Shown here: positions 1-12,935 of the stretch, one piece after another
How positions within the stretch are numbered: the first letter of the stretch is position 1
How the letters are laid out: every line of letters starts with the position of its first letter
DNA from: Lytechinus pictus
Lineage: Eukaryota
Length of the DNA stretch: 64,000 nt
Direction of reading: 5' to 3'
Assembly (NCBI RefSeq): GCF_037042905.1
Contig: NC_087251.1
Span: 27,530,001 to 27,594,000 of the forward strand
Made by a program: the position numbers and the translations under genes
The notes under the pieces: generated by a model
The model's input: the letters and a program-made list of their open reading frames with translations, nothing else
What the model was told of the DNA's origin: nothing
Database searches by the model: none

Positions 1-1220
1 TGCGATCTTGTTTATGAAAGTAAATAACAGGCTTTAACTAAACGAAAATGCAATGCACAAGAAGAATATGCAAGGATTAGCTTAATCTAATAATTCATTC
101 CCGTTAAACTGTGCTAACGGTGTTGAGAAAATAAGCCATACAACTGCTCGCTTAGATGGTCACATTATTAAAAATTGTTGATCCATTTATATTAGAAAGT
201 ATAGTCTGTCCTTCTGAAGTCCTTGTTGCTGTTTCGTATAGTGTTTTGCTCATCAAGGCGTATCAAGTTAATGGTCTGGCTGATAATTATAAAGAGTCGT
301 ATTCTGTTATAAAAAAAAGGAAGAACAAGAAGAAGAGGAAGAAGAAGAGAGAGAGGGAGAGAGAGGGGGGAAATGCCCTTCAAGTCTTCAAGGATATTTT
401 CAAGAAAAAATACAGTACTTTTCTAGGAACATTATTTTCTAGACTGACTATCTTTTTTTTTTAATTTGAAAATATATAATGAGAATATCTCTTCGTCGTA
501 AAAAACAACTATCAACAATTTCAAATAAGAACATGAAGAACAACAAGATTTAAAAATAGTCCATTGCCTCTTTTGGTTGACATACTCAACAAAAGATGAG
601 CGTGTCGACTTGAGGCAATGGCCAATGGTCACCCCCACCATACAGTCACTTTTGTCATTAAATTAAAGAATAAGTCTCCTCTCATTCAAGTCAGCCATTA
701 TCACGTTACATTCATTTCCTTTTATGATTTATCTAAAACTGCATTAGCTTTTTTAATGTATAGCCTTTTTAATGCATTTTACTATGTTTTTACCATGTAA
801 TTTATTGTGCCAACACAAACTTGGAAATTTTCCAGCTCCGGCTGTTTTTTTTTTTTGCTTGTGCGATTGTTATTAACATGTTTGATCATCAATGAAGGCT
901 ATTTTTTAATTGAATAGAATTGAGAATGATAATTTAAGTATCCGCCACATAAGCATTTATTATTATTATTTATTTATTATCTATTTATTTACCATACTTT
1001 ACTCCGACTTTACTTCAGGCAAGACGTTGGTGTTTGCGTTCCTCCTCTTGTACGTTATATTTCTTTCCCGCACTAAATATTGGATTGGAGCCCATTACAG
1101 AAAGAACTGAAATCACACAGCTTTAAAAAATGAACACACGTTTATTTTTAACCAATCACAAACGTCTATTTTGATTTATTAGTTGTGTTTCAACGAATAG
1201 GGAGTTTTCATAACCACCTG

Positions 1221-1434
1221 GCAGACGCTTTCTAGAACATTAAAAATATAGTATCAAAGGCCCTTCAATAACAAAGCAACCTTTGTCGGAAGTCAGTTAA
1301 TCAAAACGGCATTGTCGTCTTGGATTCTGGACATCTGCTGTCCCGGTTCGTTAATTTTCGACAATGACCTCTAAGCCGTTCGTTATTTTGACGAGCATTT
1401 TCAATAGATTCTCAACGTTTCAGAAAGCGTCTGC
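1221..1434. mobile_element. MITE with GCAGACGCTTT terminal inverted repeats (copy 1)
   Basis: GCAGACGCTTTCT...AGAAAGCGTCTGC; the interior is the reverse complement of the copy at 5503-5766. Confidence 0.7.
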
Positions 1435-2727
1435 GTATATAGCGGTTGCGATATTTGCTATATTAATTTGCATTGTTTCCTTCCTGTTCTCCCCATTCGC
1501 ATAACATGAAGAAGAAAGTGAACCCTCCATAATCATATTCTAGTAGACTTTCGCATGAATGGAAGGGTTCTCATGATCAAGTACACCTTTATCCTCTCTA
1601 AACAAATCCTTAAGAGCTCCAGAAGGTCACCTTGGTATAATGATGGAGAGCTCGATCAATAGGGATACCCTCTTATAGCCAAAAGAGATGGGGTCGTGCA
1701 CTTTTATCTTCCATTTTAATAAAGTCGTACTAGTCACATGGTAACGTCTTGTTCATTTTCACCTGGCCGGTAACCTTTGCTTTGAGACTTGAATCCAAGA
1801 CAGGGGTAATAACAGAACATTTTAGATAAGGGGTGGTCTTCATTTCTTCATGCAGGTGAAACTTCAAAAGGCCAACATAAATCGAAAAATCTACAATTAT
1901 CTGTTTCAATCGTTACACTCTATTCCAAAATCCTTATATACCCCTTTATTCAATTTTAGTTCCCTCTATATTTTTTATCCTAATCCCAATTTCAAGAAAG
2001 ATAACTTAATCATTGATTTCGAATTACCTCAGCTAATGATGTCACAGACCTCCTTTGATTTTCCCCCACAAACTCTATCGATTGATTTTAATTATGAATG
2101 GATGTTATTAATGCTGTCAGAGTGCCCCTGAATTAGTTAACTACTTTTCCCTCTGCCTTGAATTCTTGTTATCCATTTGAAAGGAGCTGCACTTGGTCTT
2201 ACTAATTAATATGCGAATCAACTCCACCACTTTACTGTAGGTTGAGTGTACAGTTTGTATAGTCAGTGGGGTGTGGAGCTATGTTAGGTGAGTTGCAAAG
2301 GTCTATACAGAAAGCTGGGACCATTTATGATTTTTACAGAGGGAACACGCAGACCCTCACTGAAAAAGATTTCTTCTACTTTTATTTTGCCAGCTTCAGG
2401 CTATTTACTGGCAGTTGGTTATTATTTCTACATTCCAGAAATCAAGTGTGGCTCCTATTTCATGGGAAGACAGATCCACGCCCGATTCCATGTCATTCAT
2501 TCTGAAGGGGGCGCTATATTCACGCTATTTATTCTGAGTGAACTACTCTATGTGATCGTGATCTCGGATCTGCTTTGTGACCCCAATCTGAGTGAGGGGG
2601 ATAGGTGATACGAGCGTTCCATTCTGCGAAACATGGATTCATAGACAGTCCATCGATGACGATTAAATGATCAACCATAACAACGATCAACGTTTGTTCG
2701 ATGTCAGTAAGTCTTTTCAACTGGTAA

Positions 2728-3158
2728 AGCCCCCATCACACTTATTCCGAATCAAGCAGAATTGGCCTGAATGAAATGACTATTGTTTGACCACCAGTTG
2801 GTCATTTAAATCTACTTCGAACACCGTTCGAAAATACCCCTCGAATGTTTTGAACATGACCAAAACCTTCGGGACGGTCAAAAGAAATGACAAAAATATT
2901 TCGAATGCACCCAGAATGCAGTCAGAATATTTAGAATGCGCCTAGAATGTCCAAGAATGTAGCACGAATTATCAATCTGACTCCATTGCGGCTCATTTTG
3001 ACTAGTCTATGATGATTCACCTGGTCAATTTACTGAATTTGAACTCCAGTTTGGTGAATTCATAAGTTCCTCCCAAAAATTTCTAGATTTTTTGAATATT
3101 TTTTTCGTTCCAGCTTCTGCTTGATTCCTGCTGATTCCGAATAAGTGTGATGGGGGTT
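2728..3158. mobile_element. PIF/Harbinger-like MITE
   Basis: TIR AGCCCCCATCACACTTATTC / GAATAAGTGTGATGGGGGTT, flanked by TAA at 2725-2727 and 3159-3161 (3-bp TWA TSD). Confidence 0.85.
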
Positions 3159-4176
3159 TAAGCGGATTAGTCGTTTTCAAGGAACATCTATATGCGCTAC
3201 ATTTTTGTTTACTCACTACTGAACTTTACTCGATGAGCATCGTTCTGATTCCGAAATCGCATATGCCAAAGACTGAACTGGACTAAAACAAGCTATTTCC
3301 ACCTGAAATAATTGTATATGAGCTCAAAGACATGCCGGTCCGGTTTTGATAGTAATAATCCTTTTCCAAATTTAATAACACATTAAAGTGTAATCTGTCA
3401 TGTATACTCTAGGAGTTTAAGTCTTTGTATTTCATGTTCATTTCACCTGTGGTTATGAATGATGTACTTGAATGTAAACCTTGAAAAGTTTGAATATTCT
3501 GTTCATAAAGCTAAACTTAGATTTAAAGTAGTCGTTCTGTTTTTGATTATTCTGTGTACAAGCTTTTACCTGACAAATTCCATATAATATAGGGGACCCA
3601 ACATCAAATACTGGTAATATCATTCAGATTTTTTTTTTCATTATAGAGTGAGCTTGTTATGTCATCGGGCAAGTCACCTCTGACAAAGCCTTGTTCGCTC
3701 TTATTCATGAAAACAATGCAAACTTCCAAAACGTGAAACTTTATGTATGATATTTCATTCAATAGTGTTGAAATTTTCACTAGTTACGTTCTTGGAGAAG
3801 AAAATTTCATATGTCATTTCATCTTGTGTAATGCATCTTTTTTTAAGAGAGAGAAAGGGCTTGCGACGTGAGTAATCAAATCAGAGTTGAAAAAGTCCCG
3901 TTCGTTTTATTATCGAAAACAATGCACACTTCATTGTCAAAAGATGTATCTTTGCTGTTTTTAATTCAGCTCTGTTGAAATCCTCAGTAACTTGACTTAG
4001 CCAAATAAGGTTTAAAAAAAATTCTTCTTTAAATCTTGACAGCAAGTCAATTTATCCAACAAATTGATGATACCTCAGAAGAGAAAATTACAAACATCCT
4101 AAAAAATACGAAATCTGTTCCCTTTATTTTTTTAAAACATTTCATGAGCTCAAAATTCAACATGATGTACACCATT

Positions 4177-4427
4177 ATTTATGTTTGTTTATGTTTGTGG
4201 TATAACTCCCGTAGGATTGCTGGTAAACGCCAAGCTGGTATATAACCAATTACCTTGGAAACATTTTACGTCTAGGTTAATCAGTCATAGTGGCTGACGT
4301 AATAGACGATAGATTTCACTCTTGGACCTTTTTTTTTCATCAAAGTGGAGACAATGGCAGAGTTGGGATTCGAACTCACAACCTTGCGATTATGAGTCCG
4401 ATGCTCTAACCACTGGACCACACGACC
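4177..4427 (-). mobile_element. tRNA-derived SINE (tRNA-like head 4355-4427)
   Basis: Reverse complement reads GGTCGTGTGGTCCAGTGGTTAGAGCATCGGACTCATAATCGCAAGGTTGTGAGTTCGAATCCCAACTCTGCCA, with A and B boxes but a poorly paired acceptor stem. A body and an AAACAT/AAAC-type tail follow. Confidence 0.75.
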
Positions 4428-5502
4428 TTGTCGAAGATGAAACACAGCTTCTTATCTTCTAATGAGAAAAATGTTGAAATAGTGACAATATTACAATCAC
4501 ATCTCTTGAATGTTCGCTACACTGATAGCTTTTGAATGATAGACCATTCAGACCCTAAACTCGAGTGAAGGGTTTGCACAGCAGACTAAACAATTGCAAT
4601 AGATTAAAAAATAAAAAAACAACAGCAAATTAGTTTTCCGTAACCCGATCAGCGCAATTAAAACCTTCTGATTTTTGTATTGTATTCATATTTGACCCTC
4701 ATATAAAACTTAAATAACGAAATATATAAATAGATGAATGAAAAAAAATGAATGAATAGATAAATAAAATGGATAAAAAGTAAAATAAAAAAGCTGTGCC
4801 TGCCAACCCTTTATTCTTTTATATATACATTTTTGGAAGAGGTAAAAATGTACTTTTACCTCTGTCATTTTTTACCTGGCACCCAGTAGGACATCCCCAG
4901 CATATTGTGGGCAAAGGAAACTCATATCCGACTGATCCTCATTATGTTAAAATAGATCGAGGATACTTAAACCATACCTTTATTCAAAAAAAATACAAAC
5001 CGACCAAAGTTTTCCTCTGGCGACAAACAGTTTGTTTGTCAGATTCTGCGCTACCTTTGCTCATTAATGCCTAGTCAAGTATATCCGTGAAATACTGATC
5101 AGTGATACCATATACAGTTTGGGGTTATACAAGTATCTAAATCTTCTCATAACAACATAAATTAGGGACAATAGCTTTTTCCGATTCACAGATTCTTACA
5201 ATACACTCAGAATACTATACATGTATATATTTATTTCTGATTTGTTTTATTTCTAATATTTTTCTAACAATATCGAAATGAGACCGATACTCCCTTCCAG
5301 TGGCGATAATCCGTGGGGGAGACTTGGGGGTTAGAAGGTGTGTCCCCCTTGATTTTCGACTTTTTTTTTTTGGGGGGGGGGGGGAAGTAGCCTAAGGGAG
5401 AGAGTCAACTCCGACCCCCCTCTCTCCCCGATCAATGGACCATAAATCTCGAGAAATCGCCGACTACATGCTCTCGTCACAAACATGATAGCGTATATTT
5501 AA

Positions 5503-5766
5503 GCGTCACTTCGCAGACGCTTTTTGGAACGTAGAGAATCTATTGAAAATGCCCGGAAAAGCACAAGATTAGAGGTCATCGTCGAAAGCACATCGTCTTA
5601 AGATTAGGACCGAACGAAAAGTTGTAAATATGTCGTTTGTCCAGTGTCCTGCGTCCACGATAACACTGCTGTTTTGATTCACCAATTTTCGACAAAGACT
5701 GCTTTGTTATGAAGGGCTTTTGACAAAAGATTATCAGAGTTATAGAAAGCGTTTGCGAAGTGATGG
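5503..5766. mobile_element. MITE with GCAGACGCTTT TIRs (copy 2, inverted relative to copy 1)
   Basis: TCACTTCGCAGACGCTTT...AAAGCGTTTGCGAAGTGA; internal homology to 1221-1434. Confidence 0.75.
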
Positions 5767-6455
5767 CTAAAATGCCCTAACATGCCATAAGAACCTGAGT
5801 ATTGGTTAGGTTAAAGGATGGATGGCTCACAATCTTGCACAATACCTGATCAGACTACAGACTAATCCCAAACCAGTATTATTTCACTCAAGGGTGACTT
5901 TATTACATAATCTTCTACTTTTACCAAACTTTGCGTGACAGATTTTTAGGAAAAAAAAGTTATATTCACCGGGGCGTAGGAAATACGTGCTGATACTTAA
6001 CAGTGGTACCATGGAGTAGGTCCATGGTGATACATATCCTAAACAGTTTTTACTTTTAATGATATAAAGCGGGGAGTGGGTTTTAATGCGACTTATCTAT
6101 TGTTTTTGGTTTACCTTATCTTTTGCTACCCCTCTCTTTCTAGTTCTTATAGATTTTTTTTTAATTTGGAAATACATACATCATGATGGAGTCTATTTTA
6201 AAATCTGTTACATTTATATCGGATACGTTTAAATCGATGGTATGCGTCGGTAAGCACAACATAAAAACAGACCTCAAAAGAATCAGAGGAACGTATAGTG
6301 TTGTTGCTGATTACACTTAACAAAATAGTTCACCGGTTCCGTACCTTTTTACTCTTTAGAAGGAAGTCAACGAGAAAAGAGGAATCAATACCTGTGCTCG
6401 ATAAAGTTTCTGCTTTTATCATTTAGTTTTGCCAAGTGAAACCTAATTTTCAAAG

Positions 6456-6458
6456 ATG
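6456..6458 (+). CDS. EF-hand gene coding exon 1 (ATG only)
   Basis: caaagATG|gtaagt is a strong donor immediately after the start codon, as in calmodulin-family genes. An in-frame ATG in exon 2 is an alternative start. Confidence 0.7.
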
Positions 6459-8397
6459 GTAAGTTGGAATAATAATTTAAAACGGTTGATTTTTACTTCA
6501 TTCTAAGATTTCTTTTTTTCGGTCTCCGTGTATCCCTATCCTTTTCTCCTCCTTTCTCTCTCTCTCTCTCCCCCTCTCTCTGTGCAACTAATCACACTGC
6601 CTCATTATATTTTGTTAAACGCTTGCTCTCTCCTTCTCTCTCTCTCTCTCTATCGTTCTTATCTCTCTGAGAATTCGAAACAGAAAATCCTGCGACCAAA
6701 ATCAATCATGAGTCTTGTATCTTATAGCTAAATTGCGATTGTTAGCACGTATTCTTCTTGTCATAGAAGGTATGAATTGATTTGCGATAGTAAAAATTAA
6801 TGTACTTGTCAAATGATATTTTATGATCAGTTGCGAATTATTATGTTTCTTGCAATTTCGGTGAATCATATTCCCTTCTGATTCCCACGGAGAAGGACTT
6901 TACGGCGTTTCTCTTCTAGCATATATTTCTAATTTGCCCTAAAATAAAGTGCTTCTTTAAACTGAATATATTATTATTGGGAGTTTCACAGATTTTTTTT
7001 TAGATCTCAAACACTCAATAAAGTTGCACAATATGGGGCTGAAGAAAAAAATCAATTTGGTCTAAATGCAAGTTACTCAGGGGTTCTTTCGTCTTTTCCC
7101 CTAAAAAATTTCGATGAAGAGGAACATATTTTTATATTTCCATATACCAAAATCCATGTGACTTTATTTCTGCTATACATATGATAAAGGAGTGAAATGT
7201 CTCCCGTACTAAATATAATATAACACAAATAACCTTAACGCGAGTAGCCATGTTTCCTGACTTGCGTTAATACTATTTCTCTCCAAATATATATTTTACC
7301 AATAATTTTTGCCCCACTGTATCTATTTAAACAGGGTGGCCTGATCAACATAAAAAAATACAATATACGAGAAACATAGTAACAGGACATTATGAGATAC
7401 AGAAAAAAAAGAGAACAAATAAAAAAGTAAAAATGCGAAATTATGTTACGAGATACAGATGGCAAGATACATTATATAAATATGCAAAATACTAACATTA
7501 AAAGCTGGTCTTCCTCCGGGCTCTGTGATTATATTTTTAAAAAACATAAAAAAGATGAATGATTGTTAAAAAATAAGGCAATGTATTACAAAATACTAAT
7601 AAATTTAATTTTGGAATAAAAAAACAAGCAGAAGACATATTGCATCATTTGGTAATTTTATCACTAATATACATCGAGATAAAAAAAAAAAACACGACAC
7701 GTTTTATTGTTTAAATATATGGAATAAGTGCGAATAACAGAAAGACAAGAAAAGATTTTCCCCTGTTCAAAGCACAGTTTCATCAGATTGGAATACTTCT
7801 GAATTTACCACATTGTAATAATATTCCTGCTTTGTCCAAACAATCTTTCTTGGGGCCGGTCGGTCTGTCGGAATTCTTTCAGAAGTCTCTGTCAATCTTT
7901 TACTATTGATCTCTCAAAGATATCTGTTATAGTATATACACCAGATGATATTTCAGCGATCTCTTAATAGTCTAATCAGTCTCTCAGTAAATTTTCAGTT
8001 TACTACCTCGCTTTAAAAATATTTTGGTGTTACACTTCAAAATCATTCTGCAATCTACAGAGACAGCAAATATGTAGCTGATCTTGGAGACTGCCAGATT
8101 ACCTTGCCAGTTTTTGGTCTTTCGGTGTTCTTTGGAGGGTCTAGGTTCTGTGGAATGAGGGCCTTATCACCACCCCCTTTTTCGATTTTTTTCACAATAG
8201 TTTTATGACGCAATGATGTATTGAGACCCTTATTTTTATGTCCTTTATGTTCCATTGCAGGGAACTATGTACCGAGGATATACCAACGAAGAACTAGCAG
8301 GTAAGAAATATAATTTTGTTTAAAAAAGAATTCTTTGAATTTTATTCAAAATGATACAACGTCCGCTCTAATATCACATTGGTTTGAATAATTTTTT

Positions 8398-8438
<41 letters not shown>

Positions 8439-11400
8439 CATAGCCGCGTTCAGGTTATAAACACACAGACGGAAAAAGGGTATTTGATAGTTCTCCAACG
8501 TTTAATCGATACAACATAACGAGTACAGCATATAATAATGATACTGTGTGAAGGGAAAAAAAAACTATCGAAAAATAGGAAATGCTAATATCAGTCACCT
8601 AATGATGTCCAACTTATAGGCTTATAGGCCACCCCATTCTTTCATTTCCCTTTTTTTTATTCTCTTCCAATTTCCCCCTTTCTTTTCCCATTTTCTCATA
8701 ATTATGTTATGCCAATAATTGGTGAGTAATGTCCTATTTTGTTCTTTCTTTTTAGCTTTAATGCTGCAATTCGCAAGGTATGACACAAATGGTAATGGGA
8801 GTATCGGCAGTACGGAATTTGCAGAACTGATCAAGATAGGACCAGAACACGTTCCGACTGAAGAAGAAATTAAACAACGTATTGCAGAAATCGATTGTAA
8901 TAGTGAGTAGATAAAGGAAACCTGTATCAGTCGAAACAAATGACAATCATCTTAAGTATTTTAACACCTACACCGTAGTTTTGCAGTGTACATTCTAATA
9001 GTTGATTCATCCATGACCGTATGCAAGATTATTTTTTCCTTGGTGGAAAAATACGAAAATCTTCACGGATACATACACGCTAGTGAGCGAAGCGTCCGAG
9101 TAAATTACATTTTTTTTTATTTATGTATGGAAAAACACGACATACAGTAATACATAGTTGGGTTTAATTTTTTTTTGTAAATTTTGAAATAAAACTTTAA
9201 CATTTGTGATGAAATATCTTACTCACCTTAATATGTTCTTTCTTCGGGGAACCACTAAAGGCACCTTTTGTTGATTCATTTAGATGATGGGCGTGTCCAA
9301 TTTGAAGAGTTTTTACTGTTTATGGATGGAAAGACAAGAGGACGGAAATACTCGGATGAAATAATTAAAGGAATGTTCTCATTAATGGACAAGGATCGCA
9401 CGGGTAAGGTCGGGTAAGCATGCTCATCCTCGATCCATAATTAAGGAGGGTGCATTGTTTTGTTCAAATTTCGCGTATATAAAAATCATGCAAAATTACA
9501 AGTTGTAATGTAATAATAATATTGATAATAATAATAATAATGATGATGATGATAATAATAATGATACTAACAATACATAACAATAATAATGGTGATAATA
9601 ATAATAATAATAATATCAATAATGATAATAAATACAACTGATTGTTGCTGTTGTATTTCCATTGTGCCAGTGCATAATTATCAAGTGTAAAATAATCATA
9701 ACAAATCATGTAACAAAAAATGTAATTTATTGTAACAAAAATGTAATTTATTACAACAAAGTGTCCAATAAAAAAAGAATAAAAGAGAAGATCATATTTA
9801 CAAGAAGTATAATGTGATAGAAGTGTGATCAGGTGAATTATAAAGGTGGCTATATAAAGTGGATAGTTGACGAAAGTTTGGTGTAGGTACGGAGATCATC
9901 TTGTTATTAGGAAGATATGACCCCTGAATAAGTCAATGCATTTTTGCTTATTATTTACGAAGTTAAAGCCAATTAAAACAAATACATGGCGAAGATAATC
10001 TGCAAATAAAGTTGAAATTACCCTGACGTAGCGTTGTCCCCAAATGAAAGCAGAAAAAAAAAACACTAGAAACACAGCGGCAAAAAATAATTTATCCCCC
10101 TCTACCAAGGATAAAGACAAATGACTTTAGGGAGGGGAGTCTCCCGAAAATTCGGTTGTTAAATTATAATTGGCAAATATGCATTGACCCTATATAATTT
10201 TTCATTATCGTGTCATTATACATAAACATTCTGAGATAACTGAGGCACAGGATAATTCAAGGGTAACGGTTAATGTATTATGGCAAAAGATATTTATTTC
10301 ACCCAAATTTTCAAAGACAACCCTCCGTCTTCGTCAGAAGTTTAAAATGTGGTATCAAATAAAATGTTTCTTAATGAAGCTGTTTCTCAGATAGTTACCA
10401 GAGCAACAACATCTGTATGAGAACGAACTCTCTTCGAGTTTGATTTGGTCTTCTGACGAAGATGTAGGGTTGCCGTCGAAAATTTGGCTGAAGTAAAAAT
10501 ATGTCATTGGACACAACGCATTAATTTTTTTACTGCTGTTATGTACATTGGCCCTGTGCAGAATATAGGAACAAAAACTATTTATCATTTTTTCATACAG
10601 TCCAGAGGAGTTACGAGCGGCGATGAACAGATATTATGGTGCTAAAATGACGCTAGAGGAAGCCTGTAAAATAATCAGAGAATCTGACATTAATGGGGAC
10701 GGATACATCGACGAAGATGGTAAGCAAGTACGCGACGAAACGAAGTTTATAATTTAAAAATCACTCTGCGCATTCTCAGTCCTCAGGATGCTTATGAGCA
10801 TGCGCACAATATGTTTTCTTCTTTTTTGCCTTTTAATGTGAGGTAGATTCCTATTATCATGATTATGAGGTCAGGGTAGTGTGCCACGAAGTAATCTATA
10901 AGCAATTTAGGAATTAAATTTACATTACATAAACACTGAAATCCTTGTCTGATTGGCTGGAAAAAAAACCCTTTTTGAGTTATAACCAGCGCCATGATGC
11001 TTTATGAAATCCGCCCCCAGTTTGATGTAAGTCCCAACACTTCTGCAGGCAAAATCATGTGAGGCAAGACCAAAGACTGTCTTATCCGCATTATCACTCA
11101 GTCATTGGCAGGTATTCAGAGATGACATCATTGTCACAGATAAAAGCATACACGGGTGTGAGTTACATACTACCGAATGATTTGACAAACTTCTTAGAAT
11201 TAAGGAATTCAAAATGAGTGGTACAACGTTAACGATCTGAGTGCATACACCGAAATGGGTAGAATTTGCGTCTGCAACAATACATTTTTTCAATAGTATT
11301 TTCTAAAGAAACTCTATGGGAGATCTTCCTTGCGAAGTGTTGCTACCAGGACATCATGATGATTGATATATACTTCGTGATGCAAATATGCATGTCAAAC

Positions 11401-11835
11401 AACACGCGCTTAATGATATAGGTGCCAAAACACTTTCCTCATATCTGGGCCCTGTCTTACAAAGAGTTGCGATGCACAACCATGGAAAGCCAGCAACGTC
11501 AACATCTAAAATATGTTTGTTTAAGATATTTATGATGTGTATTCATCTATTCATGTTTTTGTTTCAAATTCAGTGTGATTTTCTTTATTTACAAAAGACA
11601 TGGTGCAAATTTCGGATGAAGAAAAAAATATGACATTGATGGTTTAATTTCCATAATACTTGAGGTTGATCGGATCAATCGTAACTCTTTGTATCACGTG
11701 ACGTGGCCCAGGTGTATTTCGCATCCTGCTATATATTCGACTATTATGATTGATTATTGAATTATGCTTAATTCTCTTTTTTCTATTTCAGATTTCGTTC
11801 GGAATCTGCTTGCCATTAAACTACAGTGGAGATAA
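6456..11835 (+). CDS. Calmodulin-like / Spec-like four-EF-hand Ca2+-binding protein, 160 aa, six coding exons: join(6456..6458,8261..8300,8756..8902,9284..9413,10601..10719,11792..11835)
   Basis: All five introns are GT-AG with compatible phases (0,1,1,2,1) and the total is 483 nt. Protein: MGTMYRGYTNEELAALMLQFARYDTNGNGSIGSTEFAELIKIGPEHVPTEEEIKQRIAEIDCNNDGRVQFEEFLLFMDGKTRGRKYSDEIIKGMFSLMDKDRTGKVGPEELRAAMNRYYGAKMTLEEACKIIRESDINGDGYIDEDDFVRNLLAIKLQWR*. EF loops are DTNGNGSIGSTE, DCNNDGRVQFEE, DKDRTGKVGPEE and DINGDGYIDEDD. An exon 1 that ends right after the ATG is typical of the calmodulin superfamily. Confidence 0.9.
8261..8300 (+). CDS. EF-hand gene exon 2 (GTMYRGYTNEELA)
   Basis: ttccattgcag|GGA...GCAG|gtaaga; TNEELA aligns with calmodulin TEEQIA. 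Confidence 0.85.
8756..8902 (+). CDS. EF-hand gene exon 3 (EF1 and start of EF2)
   Basis: Polypyrimidine tract and tttag acceptor; encodes DTNGNGSIGSTE and PTEEEIKQRIAEIDCN; donor A|gtgagt. Confidence 0.93.
9284..9413 (+). CDS. EF-hand gene exon 4 (end of EF2 to EF3 loop)
   Basis: ttag|AT GAT GGG CGT GTC CAA TTT GAA GAG; encodes DGRVQFEEFLLFM...MDKDRTGKV; donor GG|gtaagc. Confidence 0.92.
9505..9632. repeat. (ATA/ATG)n microsatellite in intron 4
   Basis: Runs of taa/tga triplets. Confidence 0.85.
10601..10719 (+). CDS. EF-hand gene exon 5 (end of EF3, EF4 loop)
   Basis: tttcatacag| acceptor; encodes PEELRAAM...IIRESDINGDGYIDED; donor G|gtaagc. Confidence 0.93.
11448..11708. mobile_element. 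GGCCC-terminated MITE with CWG flanks
   Basis: GGCCCTGTCTTACAAAGAGTTGCGAT...ATCGTAACTCTTTGTA..GGCC inverted ends; same style as 50520-50642. Confidence 0.65.
11792..11835 (+). CDS. EF-hand gene exon 6 (DFVRNLLAIKLQWR-stop)
   Basis: Strong acceptor ttctcttttttctatttcag. Phase 1 completes EF4, and the following FV helix matches the calmodulin pattern. A candidate AATAAA lies at 12599-12604. Confidence 0.8.
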
Positions 11836-12031
11836 ACTTGCTGGATCTGGATACCGGGGATGCATATCATAGCACCAAGCACATGTTTCTGCCAAAGCTT
11901 GCACATTTCACCCGGACATAGCAGCAATTTGATCCTTGTCCTGATAGCCACAGCTAATTATCAGCTCAGAGTGAAACAAACACAGTGAAAGTAGTGGCGT
12001 TGAGGAGGACATCGGTTTTAACACACCCTAT

Positions 12032-12340
12032 GGCCCGTATTCTGAAGTCGGGTTTAACTTCAACTCCGGTTTAAAGAGGTGGTTTAACTATGGAAAGCCA
12101 GTTGTTACATAAATCTTTAACACTAGGGGTTCAATGTATCAGTTGATTTGACTCGCAAAGCAATATTAACTGCCTGGGAAGGATAAGTATGACAATTGTC
12201 TTCACCATTAAATATTTAGTGAAGAGCACAGTTAACATGAGAAGCAATCACTGTAAACAAAATTTTGAAACGTTTGCCTTCCTATAATTTTAGCACAGAG
12301 TTAGAAGGTTTAACTGAAACCCCACCCCAGAATACGGGCC
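12032..12340. mobile_element. MITE (GGCCCGTATTCTG TIR), probably in the 3' UTR of the EF-hand gene
   Basis: GGCCCGTATTCTG...CAGAATACGGGCC is a perfect 13-bp TIR. Confidence 0.75.
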
Positions 12341-12935
12341 TCTGATGTGTTCAAATTACACTCTTTAAAGCAAGAACAGATCCATAGACTATGTTGCCAC
12401 TCGTTGACTATGTTAACAATCTATTGCATTGCAATATCTTTTATTAGATTACTTTTTAGATTACTTTTAGTAGTGTATTGTATAATTATTTTAGTATAAA
12501 TTAGTCTATAATAATATATGCATGTATATATATATGGAAACTAATTTATTTAAAGAGACGGGTATTGGTTTTTGTACTTAGTTACATAATTATTATGAAA
12601 TAAATATACTGGGTAGCTATTAATTGTTTTATCAGCAAATTGGGCCAGTATTATAAGTCTCCTTAAAATGTTACATTATTGTATAGGGATCTGTCTAGAG
12701 GGAAAAGTTGATGGATTGAGGTGGTGTTTTATATATAGGGCAATCGGTTCATATTGGCTGTAACACAGGTGTACGTAATCATATTCAACGCTTTACACTC
12801 CCGTGACCCGTTGTATATAACTTGCTGCCGTGAACAACAACTCGGTAAAAATCAAAAGTAGGTTACCACAATTATTCTGTCACTCAGAAAAAGACTGTGG
12901 TGAGAATCGTAAGAAGTTAGCCAAGTTTTCTCCGA

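Noticed and set aside
4355..4427. Functional tRNA-Met gene (CAT at the anticodon position)
   Set aside because: The acceptor and anticodon stems pair poorly and the sequence runs into a SINE-like body and tail, so it is treated as a SINE head.
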